DNA of 64,000 nt from the NCBI RefSeq assembly GCF_009914755.1, contig NC_060925.1, one strand, 5' to 3'. A model generated the notes under the pieces. That model worked only from the letters and a program-made list of their open reading frames with translations. It was not told the origin of the DNA and searched no databases. The stretch is from the human T2T-CHM13v2.0 reference genome, Homo sapiens. Both the position numbers and the translations under genes were made by a program. Positions 55,482 to 64,000 of this stretch are shown piece after piece (position 1 is the stretch's first letter; every line of letters begins with the position of its first letter).

Positions 55482-57872
55482 GAATTCAAAGGAATCATCA
55501 TCAAATGGAACCGAATGGAATCCTCATTGAATGGAAATGAAAGGGGTCATCATCTAATGGAATCGCATGGAATCATCATCAAATGGAATCGAATGGAATC
55601 ATCATCAAATGGAATCTAATGGAATCATTGAACAGAATTGAATGGAATCGTCATCGAATGAATTGAATGCAATCATCGAATGGTCTCGAATGGAATCATC
55701 TTCTAATGGAAAGGAATGGAATCATCGCTTAGAATCGAATGGAATTATCATCGAATGGAATCGAATGGTATCAACACCAAACGGAAAAAAACGGAATTAT
55801 CGAATGGAATCGAAGAGAATCTTCGAACGGACCCGAATGGAATCATCTAATGGAATGGAATGGAATAATCCATGGACTCGAATGCAATCATCATCGAATG
55901 GAATCGAATGGAATCATCGAATGGACTCGAATGGAATAATCATTGAACGGAATCGAATGGAATCATCATCGGATGGAAACGAATGGAATCATCATCGAAT
56001 GGAAATGAAAGGAGTCATCATCTAATGGAATTGCATGGAATCATCATAAAATGGAATCGAATGGAATCAACATCAAATGGAATCAAATGGAATCATTGAA
56101 CGGAATTGAATGGAATCGTCATCGAATGAATTGACTGCAATCATCGAATGGTCTCGAATGTAATCACATTCTAATGGAAAGGAATGGAATCATCGCATAG
56201 AATCGAATGGAATTAACATTGAATGGACTCGAATGGAATCAACATCAAACGGAATCAAGCGGAATTATCGAATGGAATCGAAGAGAATCATCGAATGGTC
56301 TCGAATGGAATCATCTTCTAATGGAAAGGAATGGAATCATCGCATAGAATCGAATGGAATTAACATTGAATGGACTCGAATGGAATCAACATCAAATGGA
56401 ATCAAGCGGAATTATCGAATGAAATCGAAGAGAATCATCGAATGGACTCGAATGGAATCATCTAATGGAATGGAATGGAATAATCCACGGACTCGAATGC
56501 AATCATCATCGTATAGAATCGAATGGAATCATCGAATGGACTCGAATGGAATAATCATTGAACGGAAGCGAATGGAATCATCATCGGATGGAAACGAATG
56601 GAATCATCATCGAATGGAAATGAAAGGAGTCATCATCTAATGGAATTGCATGGAATCATCATAAAATGGAATCGAATGGAATCAAAATCAAATGGAATCA
56701 AATGGAATCATTGAACGGAATTGAATGGAATCGTCATCGAATGAATTGACTGCAATCATCGAATGGTCTCGAATGGAATCATCTTCAAATGGAATGGAAT
56801 GGAATCATCGCATAGAATCGAATGGAATTATCATCGAATGGAATCGAATGGAATCAACATCAAACGGAAAAAAACGGAATTATCGAATGGAATCGAAGAG
56901 AATCATCGAATGGACCCGAATGGAATCATCTAATGGAATGGAATGGAATAATCCATGGACTCGAATGCAATCATCATCGAATGGAATCGAATGGAATCAT
57001 CGAATGGACTCGAATGGAATAATCATTGAACGGAATCGAATGGAATCATCATCGGATGGAAATGAATGGAATCATCATCGAATGGAATCGAATAGAATTA
57101 TGGAATGAAATCCAGTGTGATCATCATCGAATGGACCCGAATGGAATCATCATCCAACGGAAGCTAATGGAATCAACATCGAATGAATCGAATGGAAACA
57201 CCATCGAATTGAAACGAATGGAATTATCATGAAATTGAAATGGATGGACTCATCATCGGATGGATTCGAATGGAATCATCGAATAAAATTGATTGAAATC
57301 ATCATCCAATGGAATCGAATGGTATCATTGAATGGAATCGAATGGAATCATCATCAGATGGAAATGAATGGAATCGTCATAGAATGGAATCGAATGGATT
57401 CATTGAATGGAATCAGATGGAATCATCGAATGGACTGGAATGGAATCATTGAATGGACTCGAAAGGGATCATGATTGAATGGAATTGAATGGAATCATCG
57501 AATGGTCTCGATTGGAATCATTATCAAATGGAATCGAATGGAATCACCGAATAGAATCGAATGGAACAATCATCGAATGGACTCAAATGGAATTATCCTC
57601 AAATGGAATCGAATGGAATTATCGAATGCAATCGAATGGAATTATCGAATGCAATCGAATAGAATCATCGAATGGACTCGAATGGAATCATCGAATGGAA
57701 TGGAATGGAACAGTCAATGAACTCGAATGGAATCATCATTGAATGGAATCGAATGGAATCATCGAGTGGAATCGAATGGAATTATGATCAAATGCAATCG
57801 AATGTAATCCTCATCAAATGGAATCAAAAATAACCATCATCAATTGGTATTGAATGGAATTGTCATCAAATG
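55482..57872 (+). repeat. 2,391-bp variant unit, copy 3
   Basis: Spacing 55642 to 58033 = 2391; same diagnostic motifs at ~56110-56724. Confidence 0.93.
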
Positions 57873-60800
57873 GAATTCAAAGGAATCATCATCAAATGGA
57901 ACCGAATGGAATCCTCATTGAATGGAAATGAAAGGGGTCATCATCTAATGGAATCGCATGGAATCATCATCAAATGGAATCGAATGGAATCATCATCAAA
58001 TGGAATCTAATGGAATCATTGAACAGAATTGAATGGAATCGTCATCGAATGAATTGAATGCAATCATCGAATGGTCTCGAATGGAATCATCTTCTAATGG
58101 AAAGGAATGGAATCATCGCATAGAATCGAATGGAATTATCATCGAATGGAATCGAATGGTATCAACACCAAACGGAAAAAAACGGAATTATCGAATGGAA
58201 TCGAAGAGAATCTTCGAACGGACCCGAATGGAATCATCTAATGGAATGGAATGGAATAATCCATGGACTCGAATGCAATCATCATCGAATGGAATCGAAT
58301 GGAATCATCGAATGGACTCGAATGGAATAATCATTGAACGGAATCGAATGGAATCATCATCGGATGGAAACGAATGGAATCATCATCGAATGGAAATGAA
58401 AGGAGTCATCATCTAATGGAATTGCATGGAATCATCATAAAATGGAATCGAATGGAATCAACATCAAATGGAATCAAATGGAATCATTGAACGGAATTGA
58501 ATGGAATCGTCATCGAATGAATTGACTACAATCACCGAATGATCTCGAATGGAATCATCTTCAAATGGAATGGAATGGAATCATCGCATAGAATCGAATG
58601 GAATTATCATCGAATGGAATCGAATGGAATCAACATCAAACGGAAAAAAACAGAATTATCGTATGGAATCGAAGAGAATCATCGAATGGACCCGAATGGA
58701 ATCATCTAATGGAATGGAATGGAATAATCCATGGACTCGAATGCAATCATCATCGAATGGAATCGAATGGAATCATCGAATGGACTCGAATGGAATAATC
58801 ATTGAACGGAATCGAATGGAATCATCATCGGATGGAAATGAATGGAATCATCATCGAATGGAATCGAATAGAATTATGGAATGAAATCCAGTGTCATCAT
58901 CATCGAATGGACCCGAATGGAATCATCATCCAACGGAAGCTAATGGAATCAACATCGAATGAATCGAATGGAAACAGCATCGAATTGAACCGAATGGAAT
59001 TATCATGAAATTGAAATGGATGGACTCATCATCGAATGGATTCGAATGGAATCATCGAATAAAATTGATTGAAATCATCATCGAATGGAATCGAATGGTA
59101 TCATTGAATGGAATCGAATGGAATCATCATCAGATGGAAATGAATGGAATCGTCATAGAATGGAATCGAATGGATTCATTGAATGGAATCAGATGGAATC
59201 ATCGAATGGACTGGAATGGAATCATTGAATGGACTCGAAAGGGATCATTATTGAATGGAATTGAATGGAATCATCGAATGGTCTCGATTGGAATCATTAT
59301 CAAATGGAATCGAATGGAATCACCGAATAGAATCGAATGGAACAATCATCGAATGGACTCAAATGGAATTATCCTCAAATGGAATGGAATGGAATTATCG
59401 AATGCAATCGAATGGAATTATCGAATGCAATCGAATAGAATCATCGAATGGACTCGAATGGAATCATCGAATGGAATGGAATGGAACAGTCAATGAACTC
59501 GAATGGAATCATCATTGAATGGAATCGAATGGAATCATCGAGTGGAATCGAATGGAATTATGATCAAATGGAATCGAATGTAATCATCATCAAATGGAAT
59601 CAAAAATAACCATCATCAATTGGTATTGAATGGAATTGTCATCAAATGGAATTCAAAGGAATCATCATCAAATGGAACCGAATGGAATCCTCATTGAATG
59701 GAAATGAAAGGGGTCATCATCTAATGGCATCGCATGGAATCATCATCAAATGGAATCGAATGGAATCATCATCAAATGGAATCTAATGGAATCATTGAAC
59801 AGAATTGAATGGAATGGTCATCGAATGAATTGAATGCAATCATCGAATGGTCTCGAATGGAATCATCTTATAATGGAAAGGAATGGAATCATCGCATAGA
59901 ATCGATTGGAATTATCATCGAATGGAATCGAATGGTATCAACACCAAACGGAAAAAAACGGAATTATCGAATGGAATCGAAGAGAATCTTCGAACGGACC
60001 CGAATGGAATCATATAATGGAATGGAATGGAATAATCCATGGACTCGAATGCAATCATCATCGAATGGAATCGAATGGAATCATCGAATGGACTCGAATG
60101 GAATAATCATTGAACGGAATCGAATGGAATCATCATCGGATGGAAACGAATGGAATCATCATCGAATGGAAATGAAAGGAGTCATCATCTAATGGAATTG
60201 CATGGAATCATCATAAAATGGAATCGAATGGAATCAACATCAAATGGAATCAAATGGAATCATTGAACGGAATTGAATGGAATCGTCATCGAATGAATTG
60301 ACTGCAATCATCCAATGGTCTCGAATGGAATCATCTTCAAATGGAATGGAATGGAATCATCGCATAGAATCGAATGGAATTATCATCGAATGGAATCGAA
60401 TGGAATCAACATCAAACGGAAAAAAACGGAATTATCGAATGGAATCGAAGAGAATCATCGAATGGACCCGAATGGAATCATCTAATGGAATGGAATGGAA
60501 TAATCCATGGACTCGAATGCAATCATCATCGAATGGAATCGAATGGAATCATCCAATGGACTCGAATGGAATAATCATTGAACGGAATCGAATGGAATCA
60601 TCATCGGATGGAAATGAATGGAATCATCATCGAATGGAATCGAATAGAATTATGGAATGAAATCCAGTGTGATCATCATCGAATGGACCCGAATGGAATC
60701 ATCATCCAACGGAAGCTAATGGAATCAACATCGAATGAATCAAATGGAAACACCATCGAATTGAAACGAATGGAATTATCATGAAATTGAAATGGATGGA

Positions 60801-63800
60801 CTCATCATCGAATGGATTCGAATGGAATCATCGAATAAAATTGATTGAAATCATCATCGAATGGAATCGAATGGTATCATTGAATGGAATCGAATGGAAT
60901 CATCATCAGATGGAAATGAATGGAATCGTCATAGAATGGAATCGAATGGATTCATTGAATGGAATCAGATGGAATCATCGAATGGACTGGAATGGAATCA
61001 TTGAATGGACTCGATAGGGATCATTATTGAATGGAATTGAATGGAATCATCGAATGGTCTCGATTGGAATCATTATCAAATGGAATCGAATGGAATCACC
61101 GAATAGAATCGAATGGAACAATCATCGAATGGACTCAAATGGAATTATCCTCAAATGGAATCGAATGGAATTATCGAATGCAATCGAATGGAATTATCGA
61201 ATGCAATCGAATAGAATCATCGAATGGACTCGAATGGAATCATCGAACGGAATGGAATGGAACAGTCAATGAACTCGAATGGAATCATCATTGAATGGAA
61301 TCGAATGGAATCATCGAGTGGAATCGAATGGAATTATGATCAAATGGAATCGAATGTAATCATCATCAAATGGAATCAAAAATAACCATCATCAATTGGT
61401 ATTGAATGGAATTGTCATCAAATGGAATTCAAAGGAATCATCATCAAATGGAACCGAATGGAATCCTCATTGAATGGAAATGAAAGGGGTCATCATCTAA
61501 TGGAATCGCATGGAATCATCATCAAATGGAATCGAATGGAATCACCATCAAATGGAATCTAATGGAATCATTGAACAGAATTGAATGGAATCGTCATCGA
61601 ATGAATTGAATGCAATCATCGAATGGTCTCGAATGGATTCATCTTCTAATGAAAAGGAATGGAATCATCGCATAGAATCGAATGGAATTATCATCGAATG
61701 GAATCGAATGGTATCAACACCAAACGGAAAAAAACGGAATTATCGAATGGAATCGAAGAGAATCTTCGAACGGACCCGAATGGAATCATCTAATGGAATG
61801 GAATGGAATAATCCATGGACTCGAATGCAATCATCATCGAATGGAATCGAATGGAATCATCGAATGGACTCGAATGGAATAATCATTGAACGGAATCGAT
61901 TGGAATCATCATCGGATGGAAACGAATGGAATCATCATCGAATGGAAATGAAAGGAGTCATCATCTAATGGAATTGCATGGAATCATCATAAAATGGAAT
62001 CGAATGGAATCAACATCAAATGGAATCAAATGGAATCATTGAACGGAATTGAATGGAATCGTCATCGAATGAATTGACTGCAATCATCCAATGGTCTCGA
62101 ATGGAATCATCTTCAAATGGAATGGAATGGAATCATCGCATAGAATCGAATGGAATTATCATCGAATGGAATCGAATGGAATCAACATCCAACGGAAAAA
62201 AACGGAATTATCGAATGGAATTGAAGAGAATCATCGAATGGACCCGAATGGAATCATGTAATGGAATGGAATGGAATAATCCATGGACTCGAATGCAATC
62301 ATCATCGAATGGAATCGAATGGAATCATCGAATGGACTCGAATGGAATAATCATTGAACGGAATCGAATGGAATCATCATCGGATGGAAATGAATGGAAT
62401 CATCATCGAATGGAATCGAATAGAATTATGGAATGAAATCCAGTGTGATCATCATCGAATGGACCCGAATGGAATCATCATCCAACGGAAGCTAATGGAA
62501 TCAACATCGAATGAATCAAATGGAAACACCATCGAATTGAAACGAATGGAATTATCATGAAATTGAAATGGATGGACTCATCGTCGAATGGATTCGAATG
62601 GAATCATCGAATAAAATTGATTGAAATCATCATCGAATGGAATCGAATGGTATCATTGAATGGAATCGAATGGAATCATCATCAGATGGAAATGAATGGA
62701 ATCGTCATAGAATGGAATCCAATGGATTTATTGAATGGAATCAGATGGAATCATCGAATGGACTGGAATGGAATCATTGAATGGACTCGAAAGGGATCAT
62801 GATTGAATGGAATTGAATGGAATCATCGAATGGTCTCGATTGGAATCATTATCAAATGGAATCGAATGGAATCACCGAATAGAATCGAATGGAACAATCA
62901 TCGAATGGACTCAAATGGAATTATCCTCAAATGGAATCGAATGGAATTATCAAATGCAATCGAATGGAATTATCGAATGCAATCGAATAGAATCATCGAA
63001 TGGACTCGAATGGAATCATCGAATGGAATGGAATGGAACAGTCAATGAACTCGAATGGAATCATCATTGAATGGAATCGAATGGAATCATCGAGTGGAAT
63101 CGAATGGAATTATGATCAAATGGAATCGAATGTAATCATCATCAAATGGAATCAAAAATAACCATCATCAATTGGTATTGAATGGAATTGTCATCAAATG
63201 GAATTCAAAGGAATCATCATCAAATGGAACCGAATGGAATCCTCATTGAATGGAAATGAAAGGGGTCATCATCTAATGGAATCGCATGGAATCATCATAA
63301 AATGGAATCGAATGAAATCAACATCAAATGGAATCAAATGGAATCATTGAACGGAATTGAATGGAATCGTCATCGAATGAATTGGATGCAATCATCGAAT
63401 GGTCTCGAATGGAATCTTCTTCAAATGGAATGGAATGGAATCATCGCATAGAATCGAATGGAATTATCATCGAATTTAATGGAATGGAATCAACATCAAA
63501 CGGAAAAAAACGGAATTATCGAATGGAATCGAAGAGAATCATCGAATGGACCCGAATGGAATCATCTAATGGAATGGAATGGAATAATCCATGGACTCGA
63601 ATGCAATCATCATCGAATGGAATCGAATGGAATCATCGAATGGAGTCGAATGGAATAATCATTGAACGGAATCGATTGGAATCATCATCGGATGGAAACG
63701 AATGGAATCATCATCGAATGGAAATGAAAGGAGTCATCATCTAATGGAATTGCATGGAATCATCATAAAATGGAATCGAATGGAATCAACATCAAATGGA

Positions 63801-64000
63801 ATCAAATGGAATCATTGAACGGAATTGAATGGAATCGTCATCGAATGAATTGACTGCAATCATCCAATGGTCTCGAATGGAATCATCTTCAAATGGAATG
63901 GAATGGAATCATCGCATAGAATCGAATGGAATTATCATCGAATGGAATCGAATGGAATCAACATCCAACGGAAAAAAACGGAATTATCGAATGGAATCGA

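Larger units (their letters stand above)
1..64000 (+). repeat. Human satellite II (HSat2/HSATII) tandem array, 1,776-bp higher-order unit, probably the chr1q12 1.77-kb family (D1Z1-like); continues past both window ends
   Basis: The sequence is made throughout of GAATG/GAATC pentamers with TCA(TCA) spacers and abundant TCGA, i.e. the reverse complement of the HSat2 consensus (ATTCCATTCG)n + (ATG)1-2. Landmark ORF starts recur at 467, 2243, 4019, 5795, 7571, 9347, 11123 (period 1776). One GAATTC per unit, in ggaattcaaag. A 1.77-kb EcoRI period is the known signature of the chr1 array. Confidence 0.97.

Noticed and set aside
467-63744. About 250 short + strand ORFs (60-163 aa; MESSSNGIEWNHR-like)
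   Set aside because: They are translations of GAATG pentamer satellite, which supplies many ATGs and few stops. They overlap in several frames, have low complexity, show no recognisable domain, and are broken or fused at random by SNVs (e.g. 81+81 vs 163 aa). Similar 'hypothetical proteins' in databases would be satellite contamination.
1-64000. CRISPR-like array of 23-26-bp repeats
   Set aside because: Monomers abut each other with no unique spacers, no leader and no cas genes.
1-64000. Alpha satellite, CENP-B boxes, or HSat3 assignment
   Set aside because: No 171-bp period and no TTCGTTGGAAACGGGA-type box seen. Pure GGAAT runs are only about 3 copies long, and the TCA/TCATCA spacers with dense TCGA indicate HSat2, not HSat3.
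1-64000. Transposon insertion or strand inversion in the array
   Set aside because: All unit spacings are explained by satellite-internal changes (they sum to 62,894 between 467 and 63361). I saw no foreign sequence, poly(A) tail or switch to the CATTC strand.

Overview
The whole 64 kb window is one uninterrupted, single-orientation array of classical human satellite II (HSat2/HSATII), GGAAT/GAATG strand on +. It is built from degenerate 23/26-bp monomers (TCGAATGGAA-TCGAATGGAA-TCA[TCA]) organised into a 1,776-bp higher-order unit with one EcoRI site per unit (first at 307, next at 2083). This fits the 1.77-kb EcoRI satellite of chromosome 1q12 pericentromeric heterochromatin (D1Z1/pUC1.77; HSat2A2-type). 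The chromosome assignment comes from period and motif only, not from an alignment. Across 36 unit-to-unit intervals, 25 are exactly 1,776 bp and 11 are variants (1774 x2, 1773, 1772, 2391 x3, 1285 x2, 1063, 595). Each unit holds an internal 468-bp tandem duplication (sub-repeats A and B). I see no credible genes, RNA genes, transposons or CRISPR arrays; all listed ORFs are translation artefacts of the repeat. I found no new protein-coding system. What is interesting is the array's internal history: a recurring 615-bp diverged insert containing a 147-bp duplication, a 713-bp deletion module, a recent 3,552-bp dimer duplication, and mosaic long-range paralogy at offsets of about 5.3, 8.9, 18.5, 37.3 and 40.9 kb.
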